Source of the DNA: an uncultured Prevotella sp.
Lineage (GTDB): Bacteria; Bacteroidota; Bacteroidia; Bacteroidales; Bacteroidaceae
Length of the DNA: 64,000 nucleotides
Assembly: GCA_946535705.1 (NCBI GenBank)
Contig: CAMNDT010000005.1
Location: forward strand, 6,616-70,615
Direction of reading: 5' to 3'
Positions 28,527 to 39,818 of this stretch are shown in pieces. Position 1 is the first letter of the stretch; each line of letters starts with the position of its first letter. Position numbers and translations under genes: made by a program. The notes under the pieces are model-generated. The model searched no databases. It saw nothing but the letters and a program-made list of their open reading frames with translations, and had not been told where the DNA came from.

Positions 28527-29870
28527 TTACTTTAAAGTATATACAATAGTCTGAACATTTCCGAAAATAGGTTTCAGCATACTTGTAACAGCCCCCGCCT
28601 TATCACCCGAGAAAGCGTTCATATTTATAACCATAGCAAGGCGTTGCCCAGCAATCATCTGTTGTATTTCATCACTCAATGGTTTTTGCGCTTTGGCTAT
28701 TGATGCCAAAGCTTCCTCCTTGCTGCTGCCACTATAGAACTGCAAATCCGGCGTAACACCAAAGAAGAATGTTGTTTTGTTATCGGTATAGTACCACGCT
28801 TTATCCTGCCAGTCAACAATCTTTCCACCTGCCGGACAACTATGCTTCCAATAGTCAACATCTAACGTCCACCCAATATTACCCAGTTGGGCACTCATGC
28901 TCATGGTAAGGCTGTTTTCACCATACGTTGGGGTAATAATCGCCATATCACCATCAACGCTACGGATAATATTATCCATATCAACAGCAGTATTGATACC
29001 TGCAAGAAGAGCCTGAACACCCTTGTTGCTCTGCATCATTGGCAGGAACTTTGTTCCATCAACATTTACAAACATTCCCATCATGGCATCCTGAGGCATA
29101 GACGCAAGATACTTGCCCTTAATAGGGCGATAGTTTGCTGTTGCTTCCTTTATTGCCTTATCAACACGCTTATTAAAAGAGAAAGTCTGTCCTTTCATGG
29201 TCATAATTCCCTTGCTCACTTTCATCTCGGCAGATATCAGCACCTGTGAGGGGTCGCTATCTTTAGGTGCCCCCAAAGTAAAAGGAGCAACAAACTGAGC
29301 CGGCAAAGCCTGCGCCTGTGCCACCATTGTTATAGGTGCATCAAGAGAATCAAGTTTAGCGTATAATCTACTGGTTGTTATACCATTATCTTCATCTTGT
29401 TTAAGGTAACGAGCAATCTGCTGTTGCATCTCAGCCTGCTTATCTATAGTTACAGGACCCATAATAAGCAAACTGTTATCACTCCAGCCTGCCACCCATG
29501 AATCTTTCAGCATGGTAAAATGAAAACCACGACGTTCTATTGGTTTAGGACATGCACCTTTCATGGCAAGAGATTCAATTGTTTCAGTAAGACTGCTTTC
29601 ACTATTTACTTTTACGCAAACTCCAAGATTACCATCAGGAGCTTCAAAAAGCATCACCTTGTGACTGAGGTCAAGCCCTGTCTTATCCATATTACTTACC
29701 TTCAGTAATGATTTCAAGACAGCCACATTGTTTATTCCGCTCATCTTTCCCGGATCCATAGCTATGAGAGCGGTGCTCTCAGCCGGTACTGCATCAAGGT
29801 AACTGTTATCGGTACATGATGCCAAGATGGTCACCAGTCCTAATATGTATAGTGCGAAACGTTTCATCAT
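28527..29870 (-). CDS. lipoprotein (DUF4836-like)
   Basis: LASC lipobox; position upstream of the ABC pair. Confidence 0.65.
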   Translation of the reverse strand: MMKRFALYILGLVTILASCTDNSYLDAVPAESTALIAMDPGKMSGINNVAVLKSLLKVSNMDKTGLDLSHKVMLFEAPDGNLGVCVKVNSESSLTETIESLAMKGACPKPIERRGFHFTMLKDSWVAGWSDNSLLIMGPVTIDKQAEMQQQIARYLKQDEDNGITTSRLYAKLDSLDAPITMVAQAQALPAQFVAPFTLGAPKDSDPSQVLISAEMKVSKGIMTMKGQTFSFNKRVDKAIKEATANYRPIKGKYLASMPQDAMMGMFVNVDGTKFLPMMQSNKGVQALLAGINTAVDMDNIIRSVDGDMAIITPTYGENSLTMSMSAQLGNIGWTLDVDYWKHSCPAGGKIVDWQDKAWYYTDNKTTFFFGVTPDLQFYSGSSKEEALASIAKAQKPLSDEIQQMIAGQRLAMVINMNAFSGDKAGAVTSMLKPIFGNVQTIVYTLK

Positions 29871-29887
29871 ATTCAGATTATAGGAAT

Positions 29888-30616
29888 TTATTCTTTTCTT
29901 TTAGCAAGATTAGCATAGGCTACAGCCATAAGGGCAGCGGTTTCCGTGCGCAGACGGCTTTGACCAAGCGAAACCGATTCATAGCCATTCTTTAAAGCCA
30001 AAGCAACCTCATCAACCGAGAAATCGCCTTCTGGACCAATAAGAACCGTTATTTCTTCATCAGGAGAAACATTTTCTTTCAGCTCAGTGAAGAAATCCTT
30101 CTTTGGAAACTCGTTGTAACAATGGCAGATGAATTTACGTCCTGTACGAGGCTGTTCCATAAACTTCTTGAATTCCACCATAGTATTTATCCATGGCATA
30201 TAAGGCTTTCTACTTTGCTTTACAGCCGAGGTTATGATTGCCGCCAAACGAGTGGCTTTCATTATCTTTCGCTCGGTAAACTTGGTGTGCAGAAGCGACA
30301 CTTCATCAAAGCCAACCTCTGTTGCCTTTTCCACAAACCATTCCACGCGGTCGGCATTTTTTGTTGGGGCAACGGCAACATGAATCTTTCCATGCCACGT
30401 TTTTTCCTGAGGCTGCTTTTCTATAATGTTATAGAAACAACGATGATTGGTTGTCATGGACACCTGGGCACGATAAAACGTGCCCGCGCCATCCATAAGG
30501 AACATTTCGTCGCCCTCTTGAAGTCTCAACACTTTAAGTGCATGAGTGGCTTCTGCCAACGGCAGTTCCTCATTTTCCTCAGTTGAAGGAACATAGAAAA
30601 ATCTTTCTTCTTTCAT
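29888..30616 (-). CDS. rsmE: 16S rRNA m3U1498 methyltransferase
   Basis: HALKVLRL, EKATEVG, IGPEGDF, LRTETAA. Confidence 0.95.
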   Translation of the reverse strand: MKEERFFYVPSTEENEELPLAEATHALKVLRLQEGDEMFLMDGAGTFYRAQVSMTTNHRCFYNIIEKQPQEKTWHGKIHVAVAPTKNADRVEWFVEKATEVGFDEVSLLHTKFTERKIMKATRLAAIITSAVKQSRKPYMPWINTMVEFKKFMEQPRTGRKFICHCYNEFPKKDFFTELKENVSPDEEITVLIGPEGDFSVDEVALALKNGYESVSLGQSRLRTETAALMAVAYANLAKRKE

Positions 30617-31866
30617 TATTCAGTTGGTAATTCTGTTTTCTTTGGACGGAAGATGATAGCAAAGCTAATTCCCACGAAGAGTGCATAGCCTGCAAAGGTG
30701 TACCAGCACGAAGCCCAGTCGGTAACTCCGTTAGCTGTATTAGTAGAGACAACTTCCTGCGCAGCAAGTGAGCCTACAGTAGCACCAATACCATTTGTCA
30801 TAAGCATAAATAAGCCCTGAGCGCTTGAACGCATCTTTGGATCGGTTGAATTGTCAACAAAGAGCGAGCCCGAGATATTGAAGAAATCAAAGGCTACACC
30901 ATATACTATCATAGAGAGAACCCAAAGCCACACGCCCATATCACCTGGGTTACCAACTCCGAGAAGTCCAAAACGCAACACCCACGCAAACATTGCGATA
31001 AGCATAACGTTCTTTATACCATAACGTTTCATAAAGAAAGGTATCATAAGGATACACAGTGTTTCGCTAACCTGAGAAAGCGAATAGAGAATTACACTAT
31101 GCTGAACACCAAACGAGTTGGCATATTCTGGAATATCCTTGAAACTCTCAATAAAAGGAGTAGCAAAACCGTTGGTAATCTGCAAGCTCACACCAAGCAT
31201 CATAGAGAAGATGAAGAAAATAGCCATCTTCTTTTGCTTGAACAAAGCAAAGGCATCAAGGCCAAGCGCTTCGCGCATGCTCATCACCTTACCATTATTT
31301 GTTTTACATGATGGCAAAGTGAAAGTATAAAGGAACAGCACAACGCCCAAGATACCACTAACAACAAACTGCATCTCTGTGCTCTTGAAGCCAAGGAGAT
31401 CGACTATCCACATTGTGCAGATAAAACCTACAGTACCAAAAACACGAATTGGTGGAAAGTCTTTCACAGTATCCATTCCTGCCTGATTCAAAGAGAAATA
31501 AGCCACGGAATTAGATAGTGCCAAGGTTGGCATATAAAAGGCTACACTTAAAGAATACAAGGTAAACAAAATGGCAAAACTGGCATTTGAGCCTTCACTA
31601 TAACCATACCAGGCTGTAGCAAACATAAACAAACCAGCAATAAGGTGACAGAAACCCAAAAGGCGTTGAGCTGGAATCCAGCGATCGGCAACAATTCCCA
31701 TCAATGCCGGCATAAAAATTGAAACAATGCCTTGCATAGCAAAGAACGAACCAATATGGCTTGCCATTCCTATATTACCAAGGTAGATACTCATACAAGT
31801 CAGATATGCTCCCCAGACAGCGAATTCCAGGTAGTTCATTATCGACAGACGAATTTTTAGATTCAT
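30616..31866 (-). CDS. MFS nucleoside:H+ symporter (NupG/XapB family)
   Basis: FAVWGAY, GIVADRW, FPPIRVFGTVGF, YGVAFDFF, SAQGLF. Confidence 0.9.
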   Translation of the reverse strand: MNLKIRLSIMNYLEFAVWGAYLTCMSIYLGNIGMASHIGSFFAMQGIVSIFMPALMGIVADRWIPAQRLLGFCHLIAGLFMFATAWYGYSEGSNASFAILFTLYSLSVAFYMPTLALSNSVAYFSLNQAGMDTVKDFPPIRVFGTVGFICTMWIVDLLGFKSTEMQFVVSGILGVVLFLYTFTLPSCKTNNGKVMSMREALGLDAFALFKQKKMAIFFIFSMMLGVSLQITNGFATPFIESFKDIPEYANSFGVQHSVILYSLSQVSETLCILMIPFFMKRYGIKNVMLIAMFAWVLRFGLLGVGNPGDMGVWLWVLSMIVYGVAFDFFNISGSLFVDNSTDPKMRSSAQGLFMLMTNGIGATVGSLAAQEVVSTNTANGVTDWASCWYTFAGYALFVGISFAIIFRPKKTELPTE

Positions 31867-31958
31867 TTGGTTTTTACTTTTTCGTTATTTTGCTGCAAAA
31901 GTATATAATTTAATCGAGAAAATTGCATGTTATATTATTAAATATGTTCAAAACCGCA

Positions 31959-31998
31959 TAAAAAAAGGATGCGGTTACATCGCTGCACCCGCATCCTT
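31959..31998 (-). terminator. intrinsic terminator
   Basis: Minus strand AAGGATGCGG...CCGCATCCTT followed by T-run. Confidence 0.8.
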
Positions 31999-32045
31999 AA
32001 AAACTAATAAGTATCAACTGGCCAAAAATAGCCCTGTTGATAAAC

Positions 32046-32114
32046 AAAAAAATTGATTGTCTCACGACAACCAATCTTTTATTAACCTTAATAATCTAAT
32101 ACCATGAAAAACAC
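32046..32114 (-). ncRNA. candidate stand-alone small RNA (~70 nt)
   Basis: -7 box TATCTTTG (32119-32126), then GTGTTTTTCATGGTATTAGATTATTAAGGTTAA, then ATTGGTTGTC-gtga-GACAATCAAT-T-run terminator. Confidence 0.65.
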
Positions 32115-32153
32115 GATGCAAAGATATCGATTAATTTCGCTTCCTGCAAGTTT

Positions 32154-32798
32154 TCATAGCCTTTTTATCGGATTTTTAATACTTGTTAGCAAATTAAGTT
32201 CGTATTTAAGAGCCGTTAACTGATTTTCTTGTTTTAAACGCTCTTTTTCCTCCTTTGTAAGCATAGGACAATTTATACTAAGCGACAGTGTTTTTTTGCT
32301 CGGATTAAGTCTTGCCTCCATAAAAGCAGGCGCCAGTTCATTCATTTTTTGCACAAAAGCATCTGGTACGCGCAAGCTAATCGACAACGGAGTCCAATCA
32401 AGAGAATAAAAACTCACCCTACTCTCCTTTATAATATTTGTATAAACAGAAGTATCTGAACTCACCCCATCGTCAACCTTAAAAGTCTTAACCACACAAA
32501 CAACAGTATCACCCTTCACAGGCAAAACCATCATCTGCATATCAGAAGACGAAGTAAGAGCAACACTCAAGTAATCATTTGACAAACTATCTACAGCACT
32601 ATTACCTTCCAACAGATTAACAACACCTGCTCCTTTATTTATCGCAGCGTAGTCAATCATCTCCTGACGCTTGTTCTTATCAAGATAAGACACCATACTA
32701 TCAGGCATATTCACAAACAAGTCTTTCACATCAGTCTTAGCATCAGCAAAAGACCAAAAAGCACATAGCAATACTGTAGTTAATCCAAATCGCTTCAT
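32154..32798 (-). CDS. exported protein (DUF3256-like)
   Basis: Signal peptide; FVNMPDSMVSYLDKNKRQEMID; ESRVSFYSLDW. Confidence 0.7.
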   Translation of the reverse strand: MKRFGLTTVLLCAFWSFADAKTDVKDLFVNMPDSMVSYLDKNKRQEMIDYAAINKGAGVVNLLEGNSAVDSLSNDYLSVALTSSSDMQMMVLPVKGDTVVCVVKTFKVDDGVSSDTSVYTNIIKESRVSFYSLDWTPLSISLRVPDAFVQKMNELAPAFMEARLNPSKKTLSLSINCPMLTKEEKERLKQENQLTALKYELNLLTSIKNPIKRL

Positions 32799-32871
32799 AT
32801 TCTGCAAATATACAACTATTTTCTTTACCGACAAAGAATTATTAGTTTTAAGTTTTTATCCAGAATCAAAT

Positions 32872-33026
32872 GTTTTTTATCTCGAATGAGTTTTTTTTAT
32901 CTCGAATGAGTTTTTTTATCTCGAATGGGTTTTTATCTCGAATTAGAGAATTAGAGAATTTTTGCTTCGCCTTGCTGTACACTGCCTGTAACATAAACCA
33001 ATTCTCTAATTCTCTAATTCGAGATA
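32872..33026. repeat. 4x TTTTTATCTCGAAT followed by a perfect 27-bp inverted repeat of AATTAGAG octamers
   Basis: TATCTCGAATTAGAGAATTAGAGAATT (32934-32960) / AATTCTCTAATTCTCTAATTCGAGATA (33000-33026), 39-nt loop. Confidence 0.9.
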
Positions 33027-33111
33027 TAAAGAAAAGAACTACGAGACAAAAGAAAAAATCTATGAGAGACCAAAAAGTAAAGTCTTTTCTTAACTCTTAT
33101 TCTTTTACATT

Positions 33112-33155
33112 CCTTCGATATGGTTCCGAGATGCCTTCGAGACGAGTTCGAGACG
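33112..33155. repeat. 11-bp degenerate tandem array, 4 units
   Basis: ccttcgatatg gttccgagatg ccttcgagacg agttcgagacg. Confidence 0.7.
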
Positions 33156-33498
33156 TTTTTGTGGCAAAATGTAAACAAGTTTGCCGTTTATAACATTTTA
33201 GATTAACAACTTAGAGACACAAAAGATTATCGTTAGATAAAACTCTTACAAGATTGTATGCCGCCTACAACATAGCAAAGACGAAGTAATATCGAACAAA
33301 AAAGCTTACAACACAACATCAAACTAAGACTTTATAGCCAACACAGACCTTCGCCTTAGATTTAAAGCTTTATCCACTTTCACCTACCGAGCAAGGAAAG
33401 CCCACATAACTTAACCTCTCTATTTTTTGTACAAAAGAAAAAAACTTTGTATCTTTGCATTTGATTTTAAATGAAATTTAAATATAACAAACAACAAT

Positions 33499-36207
33499 AT
33501 GGAATTAGCAAGCAAGTATGACCCACAAGCAGTGGAATCAAAATGGTATCAGTACTGGCTGGACAACAAGATGTTCAGCTCTAAACCAGATGGCCGAGAG
33601 CCATATACCGTGGTGATTCCTCCACCAAACGTAACTGGTGTGCTTCACATGGGTCACATGCTGAACAATACAATTCAGGATATTCTCGTTCGCAAGGCTC
33701 GTATGGAAGGCAAGAACGCATGCTGGGTTCCTGGCACCGACCACGCCTCTATTGCTACTGAAGCGAAGGTGGTTAACAAACTCGCAAAGCAAGGTATTAA
33801 GAAGAGCGACCTCACACGTGAACAGTTTCTCGAGCATGCTTGGGATTGGACTCACGAGCACGGTGGCATCATCCTTAAGCAGTTGCGTCGCTTAGGTGCA
33901 AGTTGTGATTGGGACCGCACTTCATTCACTATGGACGAGAAACGTTCTGAAAGCGTAATGAAAGTTTTTGTTGACCTCTACGACAAGGGACTTATCTATC
34001 GTGGCCTTCGCATGGTAAACTGGGATCCAAAGGCTCAGACCGCTCTTTCTAACGAGGAGGTAATCTATCGTGACGAGAAGAGCCACCTGTTCAACCTGAA
34101 ATATTATCTGGCTGACCAGGACAATGTTGACACATCAGCCGAGGGCAATGTTGTTCACAAGGACGAGAAAGGTTACTATGCAGTTGTTGCTACAACACGT
34201 CCAGAAACTATCATGGGCGACACCGCTATGTGCATCAACCCTAAAGACCCAAAGAACCAGTGGCTGAAAGGCCATCGCGTTATCGTACCATTGGTAGGCA
34301 GAGAGATTCCTGTTATCGAAGACCGCTATGTAGATATCGAATTCGGTACCGGCTGTTTGAAGGTTACTCCTGCTCACGACACCAACGACTACATGTTGGG
34401 TAAGAAGCACAACCTTGAAACTATCGACATTTTCAATCCAGATGCCACCATCAGCGAGGCTGCAGGCATGTATGTAGGCATGGACCGCATGGATGTGCGC
34501 AAACAGATCGCTGAGGATCTCAAGGCAGCCGGCTTGATGGAGAAAATTGAAGACTACGACAACAAGGTGGGCTACTCAGAGCGTAACAGCGACACAGCTG
34601 TTGAGCCACGTCTATGTATGCAGTGGTTCCTCAAGATGCAACACTTTGCCGACATCGCTCTACCACCTGTAATGAACGATGATATCCAGTTCTATCCTGC
34701 AAAATACAAGACAACATACAAGAACTGGCTCGACAATATTCAAGACTGGTGTATCAGTCGTCAGTTATGGTGGGGTCACAGAATTCCTGCCTATTTCTTG
34801 CCAACAGAAGACGGTTCAGAGAAATATGTTGTTGCCCTTGATGAGGATGCAGCTCTCGAGAAAGCTCGCAAGATGGAAGGTTATGAAAACATCACCAAAG
34901 ATCAGTTGCGCCGTGACGACGATGCTCTCGACACATGGTTCTCATCATGGTTGTGGCCTATCTCACTATTCGACGGAATTAACAACCCCGATAACGAAGA
35001 GATAAAGTACTACTATCCAACAGCCGACCTCGTAACAGGTCCAGACATCATCTTCTTCTGGGTTGCCCGCATGATTATGGCAGGCTACGAATACCAAGGC
35101 AAAATGCCTTTCAAACACGTGTATTTCACAGGTATCGTTCGCGACAAGCTCGGTCGCAAGATGTCTAAGAGTCTTGGTAACTCACCTGACCCAATCGGCT
35201 TAATCGAAAAATATGGTGCCGACGGTGTTCGTATGGGTATGATGCTTGCAGCTCCAGCAGGTAACGACATCCTCTTCGACGAGGCACTCTGTGAGCAGGG
35301 TCGTAACTTCAACAACAAGATATGGAATGCCTTCCGCCTTGTTCAGGGCTGGCAGACAGCTGACATCGCTCAGCCAGAAGCATCTGCATTGGCTGTTAAG
35401 TGGTTTGATGCAAAACTGAAGGAAGCATACGCTACAATGGAGGAGCAGTTCAAGCAGTACCGTATCTCTGAGGCTCTGATGACTGTTTACCGCCTCTTCT
35501 GGGACGAGTTCTCATCTTGGTATCTTGAGATGATTAAGCCTGCATACGTTGACGGAAAGGCTCAGCCAATGGATAAGACAACCTTCGAGGCTACATTGAA
35601 GTTCTTTGAAACTCTCCTCGAAATGCTTCATCCATTCATGCCATTCATCACCGAGGAGCTCTGGCAGCACATCTACGACCGCAAGGACGGCGAGAGCATC
35701 ATGACAGCTGTTTTGAAGCTCGACGCTCCTACAGCTGAAGAAACAAAACTGCTTGCCGATTTCGAAAACGTTAAGCAGATTGTTGCTGGTGTACGTGCCG
35801 TTCGCAATCAGAAGAACATTGCTCCAAAGGTAGAGCTTGCCCTTCAGGCTATCAAGCAGAACAACTTCGAGGCATTCAACAGCGTTATCATCAAGATGGC
35901 TAACCTCAAGAGTTTCACTACCGAGGCTGAAAAATCAGCTGATGCTTCAGGTTTCATGGTAGGCACAGATGAGTTTGCCGTTCCTGTTGGCGACCTTATT
36001 GATGTAAAGGCTGAAATCGAAAAGGCAGAGAAAGAACTCCAGCACCTTGAGGGCTTCCTCATGGGTGTGCGCAAGAAGTTAGGCAACGAAAACTTCGTGG
36101 CTCATGCTCCAGAAGCAGTTATTGCTCGTGAGCGCAAAAAGGAAAGCGACTCTGTTGAAAAGATAGCAGCCTTGAAAGCACAACTCGAAGAATTGAAGAA
36201 CAAATAG
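33499..36207 (+). CDS. valS: valine--tRNA ligase
   Basis: [31 protein letters not shown]-terminal coiled coil. Confidence 0.98.
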   Translation: MELASKYDPQAVESKWYQYWLDNKMFSSKPDGREPYTVVIPPPNVTGVLHMGHMLNNTIQDILVRKARMEGKNACWVPGTDHASIATEAKVVNKLAKQGIKKSDLTREQFLEHAWDWTHEHGGIILKQLRRLGASCDWDRTSFTMDEKRSESVMKVFVDLYDKGLIYRGLRMVNWDPKAQTALSNEEVIYRDEKSHLFNLKYYLADQDNVDTSAEGNVVHKDEKGYYAVVATTRPETIMGDTAMCINPKDPKNQWLKGHRVIVPLVGREIPVIEDRYVDIEFGTGCLKVTPAHDTNDYMLGKKHNLETIDIFNPDATISEAAGMYVGMDRMDVRKQIAEDLKAAGLMEKIEDYDNKVGYSERNSDTAVEPRLCMQWFLKMQHFADIALPPVMNDDIQFYPAKYKTTYKNWLDNIQDWCISRQLWWGHRIPAYFLPTEDGSEKYVVALDEDAALEKARKMEGYENITKDQLRRDDDALDTWFSSWLWPISLFDGINNPDNEEIKYYYPTADLVTGPDIIFFWVARMIMAGYEYQGKMPFKHVYFTGIVRDKLGRKMSKSLGNSPDPIGLIEKYGADGVRMGMMLAAPAGNDILFDEALCEQGRNFNNKIWNAFRLVQGWQTADIAQPEASALAVKWFDAKLKEAYATMEEQFKQYRISEALMTVYRLFWDEFSSWYLEMIKPAYVDGKAQPMDKTTFEATLKFFETLLEMLHPFMPFITEELWQHIYDRKDGESIMTAVLKLDAPTAEETKLLADFENVKQIVAGVRAVRNQKNIAPKVELALQAIKQNNFEAFNSVIIKMANLKSFTTEAEKSADASGFMVGTDEFAVPVGDLIDVKAEIEKAEKELQHLEGFLMGVRKKLGNENFVAHAPEAVIARERKKESDSVEKIAALKAQLEELKNK

Positions 36208-36220
36208 TTTAAATCAATAC

Positions 36221-36261
36221 AAACCAGTGACTCGATGCATTGCCATCGGGCTGCTGGTTTT
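36221..36261 (+). terminator. terminator-like hairpin after valS
   Basis: AAACCAGTGACTCGATG...CATCGGGCTGCTGGTTTT. Confidence 0.55.
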
Positions 36262-36281
36262 AACACTAAAAACCACAACCT

Positions 36282-37481
36282 ATGCGTAGACTACTTACCT
36301 TATTACTTATCAGCATTACATTTTTCGGTTTCACATCGTGCGAAGACAGCTATGAAACCGAAACACTCAACCCTGAAACACGAACCATTTTGGTATATTT
36401 TCCTTGGAGCGGATATGAAAACGGTTCTTCATCAAGCCTATACAATAATGTTAAGGAAAACCTTGATAGCATAAAGAGTGCTATTGGGAAAATGACAGGA
36501 TTAGCAAATAATAGGGTAATTGTGTTTATAAACGAAAACGCAAAAGAAGCACATATGTATGAGGTTCACTATCGCAGAGGGTATGCAGAATTAACAACCC
36601 TCCACCACTATGGTGCTGATTACGAGGAACTTCCAGACATTACCTCAACAAGCGGTTTACGCACTATTCTCAATCAAGCTTACGATGTAACCCAGTCAAA
36701 CACATGGCAGATGATTATTGGTTGTCATGGTCTTGGATGGACAGAAAAAGACTATACACCAAAAAGTCGTGCTTTCGGAGGTGGTGATAATGCAACAAAA
36801 ATTGATGTTGAAGATTTTGCAAAAGCCGTGACAACATCAAGCATCGGGAAATTCGAATACATACTCTTTGACGACTGCTATATGTCTGGTGTAGAGACAG
36901 TACACTATCTTAAAGATGCCACCCACTATTTCATTGCTTCAACAAGCGAAATAATGGCTGCTGGCATGCCATACAACATCGCATGGAAGTATCTTATTGG
37001 CGAGCCAAACTATGCAGGAATTATCAATTCTTTCAGCAGCTACTACAATTCGCAAACCTATGGCACAAACTTTTCTGGTTGCCTATCAGTAATTGACTGC
37101 ACGCAAATAGACAACTTGGCAGCTGTCATGAAGAACATTAACTCTCAAGGCTACGAGCTCACCACTCAGCAGAGAAATAACCTGCAATATCTCGATGGTT
37201 TCAGAGACCATGCGTTCTATGACATAAGAGACTATGTTGAAACACTGACCAATAATAACACCACTCTCATGAGTCAGTTCAACACCGCTCTCAACAGATT
37301 AATCCCTTACACATACACCACCCCATACATCTTCAGCGCATTTATGAATGGCGACTATGGACAGTTTTTCAAGATAAAAGACATAAACAGTTTTTCAGGT
37401 ATATCTACCAGCGACCCGAGCACCGACACATATATTGTCACCACTCGCGAGCAAACAAGCTGGTGGAAAGCAACACACTAA
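36282..37481 (+). CDS. clostripain-family (C11) cysteine peptidase lipoprotein
   Basis: FTSC lipobox; IIGCHGLGW (His) and ILFDDCYM (Cys) catalytic motifs. Confidence 0.85.
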   Translation: MRRLLTLLLISITFFGFTSCEDSYETETLNPETRTILVYFPWSGYENGSSSSLYNNVKENLDSIKSAIGKMTGLANNRVIVFINENAKEAHMYEVHYRRGYAELTTLHHYGADYEELPDITSTSGLRTILNQAYDVTQSNTWQMIIGCHGLGWTEKDYTPKSRAFGGGDNATKIDVEDFAKAVTTSSIGKFEYILFDDCYMSGVETVHYLKDATHYFIASTSEIMAAGMPYNIAWKYLIGEPNYAGIINSFSSYYNSQTYGTNFSGCLSVIDCTQIDNLAAVMKNINSQGYELTTQQRNNLQYLDGFRDHAFYDIRDYVETLTNNNTTLMSQFNTALNRLIPYTYTTPYIFSAFMNGDYGQFFKIKDINSFSGISTSDPSTDTYIVTTREQTSWWKATH

Positions 37482-37493
37482 TAACACATCATT

Positions 37494-37688
37494 ATGAAAG
37501 AAGAAAAACAAGGCATCAACTGGCTCGACCTTATACTCATTGGCCTCTCGCTATTTGTAGCAAACATAATTGAGAAAGCTATCAACTTACAAAACAACGT
37601 GTTGAGTTTCCTACTCTTTGTCGTTGTTGCCATCCTACTCATTATAGTTACCTACTTCCTAAAGTATATGATCACAAGGGATGAATAG
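37494..37688 (+). CDS. small 2-TM membrane protein
   Basis: 64 aa, two hydrophobic helices, tight spacing after peptidase. Confidence 0.6.
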   Translation: MKEEKQGINWLDLILIGLSLFVANIIEKAINLQNNVLSFLLFVVVAILLIIVTYFLKYMITRDE

Positions 37689-37700
37689 AGGCTTGCACAA

Positions 37701-39617
37701 TTATTTAAATTTCAGTCTTAGGCTATTAAGTATAACAGACACAGACGATAATGCCATTAATGCGCTTGCCCACATTGGAGTAATCTGAAAGTTGATACCG
37801 AAGAGATAGAGCACACCGGCAGCCAATGGAATGCATATAATATTGTAGATAAAAGCCCAGAAGAGATTCTGCCAAATCATACTAACAGTTCGTTTGCTAA
37901 GAATGATAGATTCAGGAATAGACATAAGATCATTCCCCATCAATGTTACCTGTGCCACATCCATTGCAACATCAGTACCCTTACCAATAGCTATGCTCAC
38001 ATCAGCCAAAGCCAATGCCTGAGTATCATTAATGCCATCACCCATCATAGCAACCGTTTTGCCTTCAGACTTGAGACGTTTCACCAGATTTTCTTTATCT
38101 GTTGGCAGTACACAACTTTGGTAGCGCTTGATACCGGCTTTTTCTGCCCAATATTTAACAGATTCTTCCTTATCACCACTCATCATATAAACCTCTACAC
38201 CACTATCATGAAGCATTTTTATAGCCTCCTTAGCATTTGGTTTCAATGCCTCACGTTCTTCCAAAGCGAGACTTGAAGGCTTAGTAAAATCAACATTGAG
38301 GTTAGGAATTGTTAGTGTACCCGTCTTATCTGTTACAAGTGCATTAACCTTACGCATACTCTCTAATGCCGTAGCATCTTTGATTAGTACCTGTTTTTCT
38401 GCCGCCTTACCAATACCCACCATGAGGGCTGTTGGAGTGGCAAGCCCCATAGCACACGGACATGCAATGACCAATACAGCCAACGCCGACATAATAGCCT
38501 GTGGAAGAAATGACATACCACCAACAAGCAGCCATACCCAAAAAGTGCCAAATGAAATAGCAGCAACTACAGGAACAAATATCAATGCCGCCTTGTCAAC
38601 AATGCGCTGAACAGGTGCCTTAGAGTTCTGAGCTTCTTGCACCATACGAATAATATGCGACAAAGTTGTATCCTCACCTATATGGCGAGCACGCATACGA
38701 AATTTACCTTGACTTGGAATAGTACCAGCCAGAACAGTTGCCCCCTTTCTCTTCTCAACAGGAGTAGGCTCACCAGTTATCATGCTTTCATCAACATAGG
38801 CAGCATCCTCTGTCATAAAACTCTCGGCATAGATCACTTCACCATCAACAGGCACCTTTTCTCCAGGGCGCACCTCAATAATATCCCCCTTTCCTATAGT
38901 TGATATAGGGACTTCCTCGATAGACTCATCATTGACTACATGTGCTGTTTTGGGCGACATACCCATTAGCTCACGTATGCTTGAAGCAGTACCATCCTTA
39001 GCTTTCTCCTCAAGTAAACGACCAGTAAGCACGAACGTGATAATCATTACACAGGCATCGAAATATGTATGCCACTCAACACCACGAATGGTCCATACTA
39101 TATCCCCCCAAAAAGTGTTGAAAACACTGAAACCAAAACTGATACTTGTAGAAAGAGCGACTAAAGTATCCATATTGGCAGAACCATGTTTTAACTGTTT
39201 AAAAGCTGTTACATAAAACTGGCGACCACAATAAAACATGTTAGCTATGGCAAGAAGCATGGCAAGCTGGTTTGCCATCGACCTATTGTCAAAATCTATC
39301 CAGTGCATACTGATAGCCATAACAGCAACAGAGAAAAGCCATGATAGAATAGTCTTGTGCTTTAGTAAAACATATTCACGCTTTTCTATTTCTTCTGCAC
39401 TTCTATCCTCCTCTATCACCATATCATAGCCGATAGAATTGATTTCTCTCTTTATTTCCTCAAGTGTAATACTTGTTTCGTCAAAATCAATGAATGCCGA
39501 GCGCCCCACCAAGTTTACATTTGCTTGTTTTATGCCTTCAAGCTCATCAAGTTTACGCTGCACATTTGCAGAACATGCAGAACATGCCATGCCTATTATA
39601 GGTACAGTTTTCTTCAT
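37701..39617 (-). CDS. P1B-1 (Cu+) type ATPase lacking the nucleotide-binding domain
   Basis: GMACSAC, TGE, CPC, DKTGT, GDGIND, YN, MxxSS present; only 21 aa between DKTGTLT and LKP. Confidence 0.85.
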   Translation of the reverse strand: MKKTVPIIGMACSACSANVQRKLDELEGIKQANVNLVGRSAFIDFDETSITLEEIKREINSIGYDMVIEEDRSAEEIEKREYVLLKHKTILSWLFSVAVMAISMHWIDFDNRSMANQLAMLLAIANMFYCGRQFYVTAFKQLKHGSANMDTLVALSTSISFGFSVFNTFWGDIVWTIRGVEWHTYFDACVMIITFVLTGRLLEEKAKDGTASSIRELMGMSPKTAHVVNDESIEEVPISTIGKGDIIEVRPGEKVPVDGEVIYAESFMTEDAAYVDESMITGEPTPVEKRKGATVLAGTIPSQGKFRMRARHIGEDTTLSHIIRMVQEAQNSKAPVQRIVDKAALIFVPVVAAISFGTFWVWLLVGGMSFLPQAIMSALAVLVIACPCAMGLATPTALMVGIGKAAEKQVLIKDATALESMRKVNALVTDKTGTLTIPNLNVDFTKPSSLALEEREALKPNAKEAIKMLHDSGVEVYMMSGDKEESVKYWAEKAGIKRYQSCVLPTDKENLVKRLKSEGKTVAMMGDGINDTQALALADVSIAIGKGTDVAMDVAQVTLMGNDLMSIPESIILSKRTVSMIWQNLFWAFIYNIICIPLAAGVLYLFGINFQITPMWASALMALSSVSVILNSLRLKFK

Positions 39618-39818
39618 AACTTATTTTTTAAATTAATTGAAGTTCGGCAAAGATAAGCATTTATCGACAACATTGTGTGCGTAAACGACATTTTTTGATA
39701 TAAAAATTGCATTTTTTTGATAAAAAAAGAAACAACTTTAAAGGATAAATTGTATATTTGACCACATAAAGAAGTAAGTTTATCTCGCATTATAACTTTT
39801 AATTATTAATACAAACCT

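Noticed and set aside
32870-33193. 107-aa ORF
   Set aside because: Translation of the tandem and inverted repeat element (repeated FFISN); no sign of coding function.
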